From the NCBI GenBank assembly GCA_963665295.1, contig OY762209.1:5120001-5184000 (forward strand): DNA of 64,000 nt. The letters are read 5' to 3'. Each line of letters begins with the position of its first letter. Positions within the stretch are counted from its first letter, which is position 1. Shown here piece by piece: positions 1 to 9,643 of the stretch. This DNA comes from Syntrophorhabdaceae bacterium (GTDB taxonomy: Bacteria > Desulfobacterota > Syntrophorhabdia > Syntrophorhabdales > Syntrophorhabdaceae). The position numbers and the translations under genes are program-made. The notes under the pieces were generated by a model, which was not told where the DNA came from, searched no databases, and worked only from the letters and a program-made list of their open reading frames with translations.

Positions 1-499
1 CGGGGTGCTCTCCCAGTTCCTTCACGACGAGATAGGGGAACACGTCGGTAATCTTGAATTTTCCCTTCGTGATGGCGGTGATAAACTCTGAAAGGCACGA
101 CCTGTTGTATATGGCATGAAGGGCCTCGTATCCGTAGCGGGTACGGGGAATTATCACATCCTCTCCGCGCGCCCGGGCCATCATGTATCTCAAGGCCTTC
201 TCGCTCAGGTTGGGCATATCGCAGGCGACGACAAACACGTATCGCGAGGACACATGCATCAGGGCCGACGCGATGCCCACCATGGACCCCCGCATGGGCA
301 TGACATCGGGCAGTACGGGCGCATCTATCCCCGCAAACTCGCGGTGATAGCTCGACACGATGATGATGTCTTCGAACACGCCCCGGACCGTCTCGTATAC
401 GCGGTTGATCATCGGGCGGTCCCCCAGCATGAGGGTGGCCTTGTCTCTCCCCATCCTCCTGTTCCGGCCTCCGGCGATTATGGCGCAGGAAATATCCAT
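1..499 (-). CDS. mobA: Molybdenum cofactor guanylyltransferase (3' end runs off window)
   Basis: Hand translation of minus strand from ATG at 499: MDISCAIIAGGRNRRMGRDKA...VFVVACDMPNL...YEALHAIY; AGG..RMG.DKA and ACDMP motifs of MobA. Confidence 0.9.
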   Translation of the reverse strand, partial: MDISCAIIAGGRNRRMGRDKATLMLGDRPMINRVYETVRGVFEDIIIVSSYHREFAGIDAPVLPDVMPMRGSMVGIASALMHVSSRYVFVVACDMPNLSEKALRYMMARARGEDVIIPRTRYGYEALHAIYNRSCLSEFITAITKGKFKITDVFPYLVVKELGEHP

Positions 500-620
500 T
501 CCTTCAGTTTTTACCATCTTTTGCCCCATGAGTAAAGAAACATCTCGAAATATCCTGCTCTTCCGAGACATCGCCCAAAACCGGCAGATGCCGGTTCGTC
601 CCGCCTTCCACGAAATACTA

Positions 621-649
621 TTGACCTTGTGCGGACATAGTGCCAGAAT
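621..649 (+). promoter_or_regulatory. Putative sigma70 promoter for 694..1020
   Basis: TTGACC-N17-CAGAAT with TG extension. Confidence 0.45.
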
Positions 650-693
650 AATAGAGGGGACATGGTCAAGACACAAATTGAAGAAGGCCGGGT

Positions 694-1020
694 ATGAAAA
701 ACGCATTTCTTGTGAGCCTGTCGGCGATGATATTCATGTGCGCCTTCTCGGGGCTTTGCTTCGCCACCACCCATGACACCTTCCAGTGCCCCAACGGCGC
801 CATCATTTCGGTAAACGACAAGCTGGTCACCGTGGCCATGAGATGCGATCCTCCCACCATATCAACGGTGAGAATGGTTACCGGAGGGTACTGGGATTAT
901 CCGAGGATGGTAGAGGTGGAAGAGTGGGTCTATAACCGGGGACCCGGTTCTTTCGTATATTACCTTACCTTTGAAAACGGGGTGCTGAGGAGGATTGAGA
1001 GCGGCGCTTACGGCAACTGA
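694..1020 (+). CDS. DUF2845-like small secreted protein
   Basis: Signal peptide, FQC...I, CDPP, VEEWVYNRGP..FVYYLTFENGVLRRIE pattern. Confidence 0.8.
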   Translation: MKNAFLVSLSAMIFMCAFSGLCFATTHDTFQCPNGAIISVNDKLVTVAMRCDPPTISTVRMVTGGYWDYPRMVEVEEWVYNRGPGSFVYYLTFENGVLRRIESGAYGN

Positions 1021-1042
1021 CAACGCCCGTCTCCGGGTGTTT

Positions 1043-2152
1043 TCACAGGTCAAGCTTTCTTTCTTTCAATATCTGCCGGTGTAATGCCTTGAAGTCCCTG
1101 GGGGGAAGGGCATCCGACTTTCTTACCAGCTTCACCGCCGATGCGGGACAGGGCACGGCGCACACCCCGCAGCCGATGCACCACTCGCGGTCCACAACAG
1201 GGAAGTCATCCTCCATGGTGATCACATTCACCGGGCATATTTCGACACACAAGCCGCAGCCCGTGCATCTTTCCCTGTCCGTATCCCTGAGAAAATAGGT
1301 GGCCATGAGCACGTCCCTCGGAATCCTCTTCCTTCGGATCGTCCCCACGGACCAGCAGCAGCAACCGCAGCAGTTGCAGGTATGTTTGATCCCTTCCCGC
1401 GCGTTATCCACAAGGTGGACCAGACCCGCTTCCTCGGCCTTTCCGATCACGTCGAGGGTCTCACGTTTCGTAATCTCCCTCCCGATCCCCTTCTCGATCA
1501 GGTACTCCGCCAGTTCGTCATACTTGATGCAACTTTCAAGGACATGACTGCATTTCCTTTTCCCGAGCAATTCCGCCGTGACACGGCAGGGACAGTGGAC
1601 AAGGGCGACCGTGTGGACCTTCTCCACAAGCTGTTCCATCATCTCGAAAGGAAAAACCGCGTGTTCATCGGGGTCGATGGAGAGCGCGGCGGGCACATAA
1701 CGGAGCGACTTGGTGGGAGTCTTTCCGTAAGCCTCGCGGATCTGATCGAGCTTCGAATATCCGGCTATCAGCTCCGCCATCTTCCGTGAATCGGGACTCG
1801 TCAGTCCTCCCCAGAAAAAGGTCTGGGGGAAGCCATATCCGAACTGGTGAAGGGCGTACCCTGTTTCCCCGTTTTCCATCCTTCTCGAAAAAAGGAGCCC
1901 CCGGTGGGAAAGGTTGGACAGGATCTGCTCCAATTCCGGCCGGGGAAGGTCGACGCGGGAGGCAATCTCTTCCGCAGGACAGAGTTCGAAAGGGATCACC
2001 TTTGTGGGAATCGCCAGGGCGACCTCCGCTTCGAGGGAAGTGAAGTTCTCGCGGAGGATGTCCAGGAGTTCCTCCTTCTCCGGATAACCCATGCCTAACG
2101 AGGACAGGTGCTTCGCCAGTTTCCCGTAAACATCTCCCGCCTTCCGATCCAT
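1043..2152 (-). CDS. 4Fe-4S dicluster protein with N-terminal winged-helix-like region and Cys-rich CxCR/CNCCxCCC motifs
   Basis: HCPCR, TCNCCGCCC, CTGCGLCVEICP, CIGCGVCAVPCP; GGAGGA RBS before ATG 2152. Confidence 0.8.
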   Translation of the reverse strand: MDRKAGDVYGKLAKHLSSLGMGYPEKEELLDILRENFTSLEAEVALAIPTKVIPFELCPAEEIASRVDLPRPELEQILSNLSHRGLLFSRRMENGETGYALHQFGYGFPQTFFWGGLTSPDSRKMAELIAGYSKLDQIREAYGKTPTKSLRYVPAALSIDPDEHAVFPFEMMEQLVEKVHTVALVHCPCRVTAELLGKRKCSHVLESCIKYDELAEYLIEKGIGREITKRETLDVIGKAEEAGLVHLVDNAREGIKHTCNCCGCCCWSVGTIRRKRIPRDVLMATYFLRDTDRERCTGCGLCVEICPVNVITMEDDFPVVDREWCIGCGVCAVPCPASAVKLVRKSDALPPRDFKALHRQILKERKLDL

Positions 2153-2343
2153 CGCGCCTGTCCTCCCGGATATCGATTTACCCACCCATTCTATCATACA
2201 CAAGGCAGGAAAATCATCCGGTCCCTCCCGGACGGACGGTTACGGGTTAAAGGAACCCTGCCCCGTGCCGATAAATATAGTGAAAATGAGCCCCGTAAGA
2301 GGTAGGATAAGGATAGAACGACGCTTCGGGAGGATGGGGAACA

Positions 2344-4374
2344 ATGAGTAAGAGGACCGCGCTTTTTTTGATCATAATCGTTTGTCTCTTCGCCACGGCC
2401 GCACCGGCGGAGACCGTTTCTCTTCCAAGGACGGGCATTGCCGCCTGCTACGACGCGTTCGGCGAAGAGATCCCGTGCGCCGCCACGGGACAGGACGGGG
2501 CGATCCAGGCGGGCCTTGCGTGGCCCGCAACCCGGTTTACCGTCACGGGCGACTGCATTCTCGACAACCTTACAGGTCTCACGTGGGCGAAGAACCTCTC
2601 CACGGAAAGAAGGGCCTGGGAAGATACCTTCGGCTACATCGACTCCTTAAACAGCGCCCAACTCTGCAACCGGATCGACTGGCGTCTCCCCAACATAAAC
2701 GAACTTGAAAGTCTGAGCAACGCGGGCGAGGTAAACTCGGTCGCGTGGCTCACCGGCCTGGGGTTCACGAATGTGGGATATAACTGGTACTGGTCTTCCA
2801 CTTCCGTTAAGTCATCCCTTGAGTGTCCGGCCTGCGTCTTCATTACCGATCTCAGCGCGCCCGGAGGGTATCAGGTCTCATGGGCGCCCACGTACCCTTC
2901 GTCGTCGTACCGGGAGTATGTGTGGCCCGTGGCCGGAGAAAGCACCGGCCCCGCCCGGGTCTGGCGAACCGGGCAAACCGCCGTGGTCCATACCGGAGAT
3001 GACGGGAACCTGCGCGAGGGAACGGCCTGGCCTTCTCCGAGGTTCACTGTCGACGGCGATACGGCCACCGACAATCTTGCAGGCCTCATGTGGACGGTGA
3101 ACGCCAATGTCCCCGGACCGGATGTCTGTTTACCCGGGGTCAAGAAGATGTGGCAGGAGGCCCTCGATTACGTAAAGTGCCTCAACGCCCAGGTCTACCT
3201 GGGTTACTCGGACTGGCGCCTGCCCAATACGAAGGAATTCATGAGCATCATCGACCGCTCCCAATACAGCCCTCCCCTGCCTGAGGGCCATCCTTTCCAG
3301 CAGGTCCAGACATCATCGGATTACTGGACATCCACCTCCCGCCCCGGCGGAGGGTCTTCCTCGGCATACGCCTGGTTCGTCAACATGGGGCCGGGAATCC
3401 TGGACTACAAGGACAAGCGTATCAGTTATTATACCTTTGCATGGCCTGTCCGGGGCGGTATAATCGAATCCACCCCGAGGGTCCTCACCGTCACCCTGGG
3501 GGGCAACAAAAAGGGGACGGTCACTGCCGAGGGGCTTGCCTGCCCCAAGGGCAAGGCCTTCTGCACAGGGACCTACAACTCCGGCGCCACGGTAACCCTG
3601 ACGCCCACGGCGAATACGGGCGCCGTGTTTGATGGATGGAAGGACTGCGACGACGTGTCCGGCAATGTCTGCCATGTGACTATGAATAGCGCGCGGACCG
3701 TGACGGCGACTTTCGACGCTCCCCCGGCCATCTCCGCGTCACCCATGTCCATCAACTTCGGGTCGGTCAAAATGGGCGCATTCTCCTCCAAAACGGTCAC
3801 AGTCAAGAACACGGGCGGGGCCCACCTTGTGGTGAACTCCATGAATATCAGCGGTACCACGGAGTTCTCCGCCGTGCCCACCGGCTGTGGAGAGCCCCTC
3901 GCAAAGGGGAAGTCCTGCACCGTCGCCCTTACCCTGACCCCCGCGCCCGGCTCCTACGGCCCGAAAACCGGCCAGTTCGTCATCACATCCACGGATCCGA
4001 AAAAGGCGAGTATTTCCGTAAAACTCACGGGTAGCGGCGCAGCCCCCAAGATATCCGTTTCCCCCGCGTCTCTCAACTTCGGAACGATCCTGGTCCAGAC
4101 CACGTCCGACCCCAGGAAGATAACCATAAAGAATACGGGGCCATCGGACCTCTCGTCCATCGGTATCTCCCTGGCCGAAGGTCCCTTCGCCGTCTCCGGG
4201 AACGACTGCGCAGGGAAGACCCTCGTCACCAACGGGTCGTGCGCCGTCTACGTCACCTTCGCCGCATCGAGTTTGAACAAGGTGGTCATGCCTCTTACGG
4301 TCACATCCAACGACCCCGACCCGGCAAGAAAGAGCATAAAAGTGAACTTGAGCGGAAAGGGGAAAGCCAAGTAG
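2344..4374 (+). CDS. Secreted protein: two DUF1566 (Lcl-like C-type lectin) domains + InlB B-repeat-like domain + two ASH/choice-of-anchor D Ig-like domains
   Basis: Signal peptide; two DNL.GL.W / DWRLPN..E / YW.ST / WPV repeats; FDGW..C repeat; SP.S.NFG...TV.N.G Ig repeats. Confidence 0.8.
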   Translation: MSKRTALFLIIIVCLFATAAPAETVSLPRTGIAACYDAFGEEIPCAATGQDGAIQAGLAWPATRFTVTGDCILDNLTGLTWAKNLSTERRAWEDTFGYIDSLNSAQLCNRIDWRLPNINELESLSNAGEVNSVAWLTGLGFTNVGYNWYWSSTSVKSSLECPACVFITDLSAPGGYQVSWAPTYPSSSYREYVWPVAGESTGPARVWRTGQTAVVHTGDDGNLREGTAWPSPRFTVDGDTATDNLAGLMWTVNANVPGPDVCLPGVKKMWQEALDYVKCLNAQVYLGYSDWRLPNTKEFMSIIDRSQYSPPLPEGHPFQQVQTSSDYWTSTSRPGGGSSSAYAWFVNMGPGILDYKDKRISYYTFAWPVRGGIIESTPRVLTVTLGGNKKGTVTAEGLACPKGKAFCTGTYNSGATVTLTPTANTGAVFDGWKDCDDVSGNVCHVTMNSARTVTATFDAPPAISASPMSINFGSVKMGAFSSKTVTVKNTGGAHLVVNSMNISGTTEFSAVPTGCGEPLAKGKSCTVALTLTPAPGSYGPKTGQFVITSTDPKKASISVKLTGSGAAPKISVSPASLNFGTILVQTTSDPRKITIKNTGPSDLSSIGISLAEGPFAVSGNDCAGKTLVTNGSCAVYVTFAASSLNKVVMPLTVTSNDPDPARKSIKVNLSGKGKAK

Positions 4375-4480
4375 ATTCCTCTGAAAACCATCACCCTATT
4401 TATGATACACCTCGCGTCAAAAGTGTGATATATTTAGTAAATTTTTAACAGCACTGCGACTTAATCATTCAACGGGGTGT

Positions 4481-5782
4481 ATGAAAGGAATCCTCACCAT
4501 AGCTGGTTATGACCCCTCGTCAGGGGCGGGCATAACGAGAGACCTCGATGTCTTTTTTTCTCTCGGACTCCATGGCCTGTCTGTTCCCACCGCCATTGTG
4601 GTGCAGGGTCCCCAGGGTGTAAAAGCGGTATATCCCACGCCCATGGACCAGTTTTCTTCCATGCTCGACCTCCTGTCCGGGGGGACGGGAATCGACGGGG
4701 TGAAAATAGGCGTTGTCTGGGATGAACCGTATTGCACCGGGATCGCCTCCTTCCTCAAGGAAAGAGAGGGTATACCCGTGATCGTCGATCCCGTCGCCCA
4801 GGCAAAAAACGACACGCCCCTTGTCACGGAAAAGGGCCTCCGGCGGCTTACGGACACGGTTTTCCCCCTCGCGTCGGTGGTGACCCCCAACCTTGACGAG
4901 GCTTCGATACTCACGGGAAAGGTCATCAACGACATGGAAGGCATGAAAGAGGCAGCCCGCGCGATCCGGCGGATGGGTCCCGGGGCGGTGATAGTGAAGG
5001 GCGGCCACCTCGAAGGGGAGCCTATCGACCTTCTCTTCGACGGCACGGAGTTTACCTTTTCCCGGAAACGGCGCGTGGCAAGACAGGTCCACGGCACGGG
5101 GTGCATGTTCTCCTCCGCGCTCTGCTCGTTCCTTGTCCACGGCTACCCGGTGAAAGAGGCTTTTCTCGCTGCCGGGGAATTCATGAGGGAGATGCTGAAC
5201 GAGAGCTACAGGATAGACAGGGATGGATATTTTTACGCTTCGCCGGGGCTCACAAACAGCGTGCGGGCAGACCGTTACCACGTGCTCGCCTTGCTCGGAC
5301 AAGCCGGTGAGCGACTGACCGCACTCAATATGGCGGAATTCATCCCCGAGGCCCAACTCAATATGGGATACGCCATCCAGGGCGCAAGGGGGATCGAAGA
5401 CGTGGCCGCATTCCCCGGCCGGATAGGCCGTTTCGGAGACCGGGTGGTCTTTAAGGGGGATCCCCGTTTCGGCGCGTCGTCCCGCACGGCACGAATGATC
5501 CTCGCGTTTATGAAACATTACCCCTTCGTGAGGTCCTGCGCAAACGTGCGGTTAAGCGACGCCTCATTGAAAAAGGCCTATGAATCGGGTATGACTGTGC
5601 TCCCCATCGGCAGATCGGAGTATACGGGGCCCGATTCCCTTGTAGGGACGGCTCTGCAAGGAACACACAAACCCCCGGACATCATCCATGACGGGGGAGA
5701 TAAAGTGAGAGAACCTGTTACCGGGCTTTTTGCAGAAAATCCACGGGAACTTATTAAAAAGATGGAGACTATAAGAATATGA
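4481..5782 (+). CDS. thiD: Hydroxymethylpyrimidine/phosphomethylpyrimidine kinase fused to ThiN-like domain (ThiDN)
   Basis: ILTIAGYDPSSGAGI, VTPNLDEA, KGGHL, HGTGCMFSSA; C-terminal FIPEAQLNMGYA..VAAFPGRI (ThiN-like). Confidence 0.88.
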   Translation: MKGILTIAGYDPSSGAGITRDLDVFFSLGLHGLSVPTAIVVQGPQGVKAVYPTPMDQFSSMLDLLSGGTGIDGVKIGVVWDEPYCTGIASFLKEREGIPVIVDPVAQAKNDTPLVTEKGLRRLTDTVFPLASVVTPNLDEASILTGKVINDMEGMKEAARAIRRMGPGAVIVKGGHLEGEPIDLLFDGTEFTFSRKRRVARQVHGTGCMFSSALCSFLVHGYPVKEAFLAAGEFMREMLNESYRIDRDGYFYASPGLTNSVRADRYHVLALLGQAGERLTALNMAEFIPEAQLNMGYAIQGARGIEDVAAFPGRIGRFGDRVVFKGDPRFGASSRTARMILAFMKHYPFVRSCANVRLSDASLKKAYESGMTVLPIGRSEYTGPDSLVGTALQGTHKPPDIIHDGGDKVREPVTGLFAENPRELIKKMETIRI

Positions 5783-7062
5783 AGAATCAATTGGTATTGG
5801 CGAGAGAAGGAAAGATCACGGAAGAGATGGAGCGCGTAGCCCGCGACGAGGGTATCGACAAAGAGGCGCTCAGGCTGTCCATCGCAGAAGGAAAAGCGAC
5901 GATACTTGCAAACAACAGGCACCGGGATTTCATCCCCAAGGGCGTGGGCAAGGGAATGAGCGTAAAGGTGAATGCAAATATCGGGACCTCTTCCGAAAGG
6001 GTCGATATCGACGCGGAACTCAAGAAGCTCGACATGGCGGTAAAGGCAGGGGCGGATGCGGTAATGGACCTCTCCACCGGCGGTGACCTCGACGAGATCA
6101 GAAAGATAATTATCGCCCGCGCGGGGATCCCCCTCGGCACGGTGCCCATATACCAGGCTGCCGTGGAGGCGGTGAAGAATAGAAAAGGGATTACCAACCT
6201 GGAGCCCGATGAACTCTTCGACGTGATCGAGAAGCACGGGCAGGACGGCGTCGATTTTGTTACCGTTCACTGCGGCATCACGCAAAGGGCCCTCGAGCGC
6301 ATCAAGAAGCAGGGCCGCGTCACCGATATCGTAAGCAGGGGCGGCGCGTTCCTCACGGAGTGGATGATCGTCAACGGGAAGGAAAACCCCCTTTATGAAC
6401 AGTATGACCGGCTCCTCGCCATTGCAAAAAAATATGACATGACCATCAGCCTCGGGGACGGGCTCAGACCGGGGTCTATCGCGGACGCCACGGACAGGGG
6501 CCAGATCGAGGAATTGATCACCCTCGGGGAATTAAGTCAGGAAGCGATCAGGAATGACGTGCAGGTAATGATCGAAGGGCCGGGACATGTGCCTCTCAAC
6601 CTCATAGAAACGAACATCCTCCTTCAGAAGGCCCTCTGCAACGAGGCTCCTTTTTACGTTCTCGGTCCCATCGTCACCGACATCGCACCGGGCTACGACC
6701 ATATCACGTCGGCCATCGGAGGCGCACTCGCGGGATTTTACGGCGCGGATTTCCTTTGTTACGTGACACCCGCCGAGCACCTGGGCCTGCCATACCCCCA
6801 GGACGTGTGGGACGGGGTCATGGTGTGCAAGATCGCGGCCCATGCCGCCGATGTAGCGCGGGGTAACAAGTTGGCCCTTGCCCGCGACAGGGACATGTCC
6901 GTATTCCGCAAGGCCCTCGACTGGGAAGGTCAGACGTCATGCGCCATCGACCCGGACAAGATACGGACCTTCAGGAAGGAGCGGAACCTCGAAAGCAATG
7001 TGTGCAGCATGTGCGGTGAATTCTGCGCCATGAAGATAGTGAAGGATTATTTCAAGAAATAG
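5779..7062 (+). CDS. thiC: Phosphomethylpyrimidine synthase ThiC (short form)
   Basis: KVNANIGTS, VSRGGA, SLGDGLRPG, EGPGHVP, YVTPAEHL, CSMCGEFC; ATGA overlap with thiD. Confidence 0.93.
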   Translation: MKNQLVLAREGKITEEMERVARDEGIDKEALRLSIAEGKATILANNRHRDFIPKGVGKGMSVKVNANIGTSSERVDIDAELKKLDMAVKAGADAVMDLSTGGDLDEIRKIIIARAGIPLGTVPIYQAAVEAVKNRKGITNLEPDELFDVIEKHGQDGVDFVTVHCGITQRALERIKKQGRVTDIVSRGGAFLTEWMIVNGKENPLYEQYDRLLAIAKKYDMTISLGDGLRPGSIADATDRGQIEELITLGELSQEAIRNDVQVMIEGPGHVPLNLIETNILLQKALCNEAPFYVLGPIVTDIAPGYDHITSAIGGALAGFYGADFLCYVTPAEHLGLPYPQDVWDGVMVCKIAAHAADVARGNKLALARDRDMSVFRKALDWEGQTSCAIDPDKIRTFRKERNLESNVCSMCGEFCAMKIVKDYFKK

Positions 7063-7068
7063 ACCCAT

Positions 7069-8289
7069 ATGGGATACGCACCCTCACAATGGCAGATCCA
7101 CATATACACCGTGGCGGAGCTCTCCTCCCGGATACGGCAGTCCATCAACAGCCAGTTCCGGGACGTGTTCGTGGAAGGAGAGATCTCCAACGCCAAGCTC
7201 TACCCTTCCGGCCACCTCTACTTCACCCTGAAGGACGATTCGGCCACAATAAAGGCCGTAGTTTTCAACTTCGCCGGCAAATATCCGGAGGGGACCCTCA
7301 AGGACGGCACGGCGGTCATATGCAAGGGCCGGGTGGATGTGTACGAAAAACGGGGAGAATACAGACTCCTTGTCGATATAGTGGAGATAAAGGGCATCGG
7401 CCTCATGCAGTTGAAGTTCCAGATGCTCAAGGAAAGATTGCAACACGAGGGCATTTTCGCCCCTGAACGGAAAAAGCCCCTTCCCTTCCTGCCGGAGAGG
7501 ATAGGAATAGTCACTTCTCCCGCGGGGGCCGCGGTAAGGGATATGCTCAAGGTCATTTACGGCAAGTTCGCCAACATGAGCGTTCTCATATACCCGGTGA
7601 AGGTCCAGGGCGACGCCGCAGGCGGTGAGATAGTGGAAGGGATCGAATACTTCAACAGGACCGGGGAAGTGGACGTAATTATCCTGGGCAGGGGAGGAGG
7701 CTCCATCGAGGACCTCGCCCCATTCAATGAGGAGGTGGTGGCGCGGGCCATCTTTTCCTCTGAGATACCCATAGTCTCCGCAGTCGGTCACGAGATCGAT
7801 TTCACCATTGCGGACTTCTCCGCCGATGTAAGGGCGCCTACCCCTACGGCGGCCGCGGACCTCGTGGTAAAGGATAAAAGAGAGCTGGTCAGCCTCCTCG
7901 ACGACACGAACACGAGACTGAAGCACGGTATGAGAAAGCTCCTCGAACGGTCAAGGCTCGGCCTCCTCAAAAGCGTCGTGAACCTCGAAGCCAGGAAAGA
8001 TTTCATAGTGAACTACAGGATGTATGTGGATGAGATCACCAACAACCTGGTCCACAGTTTTTCTTCCTATTTTAAAGAGAGGAAGGCCGAAACAGAATCC
8101 CTCGCCCAGCGGCTGCGGGATTTAAACCCCGACAACATCCTCAAGCGGGGATACAGCATTACGGTGAAGAAGTCAACGAACGAAGTGGTGACGGACCCCA
8201 ACCGGGTCGCCCTCGACGAGTTGCTCCTCATAAAACTCCATGAAGGCGAACTGGAGGTTTCTGTACGAAAAAAACAGTCCGCCCCGTAA
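7069..8289 (+). CDS. xseA: Exodeoxyribonuclease VII large subunit
   Basis: VEGEISN, SGHLYFTLKD, RGGGSIEDL..FNEE, SAVGHEID, APTPTAAA, LKRGYSI. Confidence 0.95.
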   Translation: MGYAPSQWQIHIYTVAELSSRIRQSINSQFRDVFVEGEISNAKLYPSGHLYFTLKDDSATIKAVVFNFAGKYPEGTLKDGTAVICKGRVDVYEKRGEYRLLVDIVEIKGIGLMQLKFQMLKERLQHEGIFAPERKKPLPFLPERIGIVTSPAGAAVRDMLKVIYGKFANMSVLIYPVKVQGDAAGGEIVEGIEYFNRTGEVDVIILGRGGGSIEDLAPFNEEVVARAIFSSEIPIVSAVGHEIDFTIADFSADVRAPTPTAAADLVVKDKRELVSLLDDTNTRLKHGMRKLLERSRLGLLKSVVNLEARKDFIVNYRMYVDEITNNLVHSFSSYFKERKAETESLAQRLRDLNPDNILKRGYSITVKKSTNEVVTDPNRVALDELLLIKLHEGELEVSVRKKQSAP

Positions 8290-8318
8290 CCTGATCCCTT
8301 TCGCCTTCTTTTTAAAAC

Positions 8319-8660
8319 CTATATCCCCATATTCGACAACATAACCGAGATGCGGTTGACGATGTCCACAAGTTTGGGGTGGGAGCTTTCAATGCCTTCC
8401 ACGGAGGACGCGAGCCCTCTTACTGAGAGCTTCAGAAGCTCAGGGTTCTGTTCGCTCCGGGTCGCTTCATGGGCCGATACTTTCGCGAATCCTGCGATAC
8501 TCTCCGCACGCTCGGCATGGGTTTTCGAAAGCTCGGCAACCTCGCCCTTAAGGGTTTCGAGAAGCTGCACCAGCTCTTCCATACCCTCGTCCTTCTCGTT
8601 GCCCCGCTTCTTCGACTCCTCGATTCTCGTCTCGATCTTGCGGATAGTCTCTTCTATCAT
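8319..8660 (-). CDS. DUF4404-like helical protein
   Basis: GGAGG RBS; C-terminal E.SHPKLVDIVNRISVMLSNMGI signature. Confidence 0.75.
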   Translation of the reverse strand: MIEETIRKIETRIEESKKRGNEKDEGMEELVQLLETLKGEVAELSKTHAERAESIAGFAKVSAHEATRSEQNPELLKLSVRGLASSVEGIESSHPKLVDIVNRISVMLSNMGI

Positions 8661-8762
8661 GCCTCCCCCCGTTCTTTTGTCCCCTTTTGGGGGATGGATG
8701 GTATTCCTTCCTATATTATCAGGAGAGTTCCACCGAAAAGTCAACACCTGTGGGGCCGTGTC

Positions 8763-9134
8763 ATGACAATTTTTAAACACAACGCACTATGGATGATGAT
8801 GGTACTATCGATGGTCTCTTTTTCCTTCCAGATGCTCTTCCCGGCGACGGTTACCGCCGCAGGCGCGGACCAGGGGAAGGTCCTGTACGAAAACAAGTGT
8901 TCCTACTGCCACGGGTCAAACGGCAAGGGTGACGGGGCTTCTTCCAAAAAGCTGGGGGTCAGTCCCAGTGATCTCATCTCTTGGGAACTCTGGAAGGACA
9001 AAGCGCCCGGGAAGATCCGGTCCGCCATAGAGGATGGTTACGGGGCCATGCCGGGCGTGGATGTGGCGCCCGGAGAAACGTCGGCGATTATCGAGTACAT
9101 GTCAAAAACTTTCCGGCCTCAGGCGAAGAAGTAG
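8763..9134 (+). CDS. Monoheme c-type cytochrome (His/Met)
   Basis: Signal peptide, GKVLYENKCSYCHG..GKGDG, GAMP; exact start uncertain. Confidence 0.85.
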   Translation: MTIFKHNALWMMMVLSMVSFSFQMLFPATVTAAGADQGKVLYENKCSYCHGSNGKGDGASSKKLGVSPSDLISWELWKDKAPGKIRSAIEDGYGAMPGVDVAPGETSAIIEYMSKTFRPQAKK

Positions 9135-9393
9135 GTATCCGAAAGAAGAACATCCCGCCTGGGCAGAAAGGAGGGGCATGCATCACGAGGCCGCGAAAGC
9201 AACGTGGACCCGATCCGCGTTGAGGGTGTCAGCCGTCTTTATCCTTATGTCTTCTCAACAGCGTGATCTTCTTTATAATTACGATGGCTTCGGCAGGGAC
9301 GCATCGGACAATAATGTCTTTTACCTCCTTGCATGGGTCGCGTTTTGAAAGGAATGTTCCGGAAACGGCCCGTCAACACGGGGAGGGTCACCT

Positions 9394-9560
9394 ATGGATT
9401 ATCTGAGCAGATTCTATGAACTCTTTCAATATTTCGGATATTTCCACCCCATCCGACGGAACCCGGGGGAAGATGCCCTCCTTTACAGAGAAAAGGCTGC
9501 CTGATGCCGACGTGAAGATGCTCTATGATTATATAGTCAATGCGTTCCCCGGAAGGAGGA
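9394..9560 (+). pseudogene. Probable deleted/frameshifted remnant of a cytochrome c-containing gene
   Basis: GGAGG + MDYLSRFYELFQYFGYFHPIRRNPG, then +1 frame GKMPSFTEKRLPDADVKMLYDYIVNAF (cytochrome c C-terminal helix); no CxxCH. Confidence 0.5.
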
Positions 9561-9643
9561 TAACGCCGGAGTATTACCCGCCGGCAGCGCCCCTACGGCC
9601 GCCGAAAGGTTCACTACCCTTTGGACAATGGCGTTGCGTCGTC

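Noticed and set aside
2344..3470. DUF1566 domains as diversity-generating retroelement targets
   Set aside because: No reverse transcriptase, Avd or near-identical template repeat seen in the window; a remote DGR cannot be excluded.
4375..4480. TPP riboswitch upstream of thiD-thiC
   Set aside because: Short AT-rich spacer without the CTGAGA / ACCTG core motifs.
5779..7062. ThiC paralogue BzaA/B/F (benzimidazole synthesis)
   Set aside because: Translationally coupled to thiD with no cobamide genes nearby; ThiC is the simpler call.
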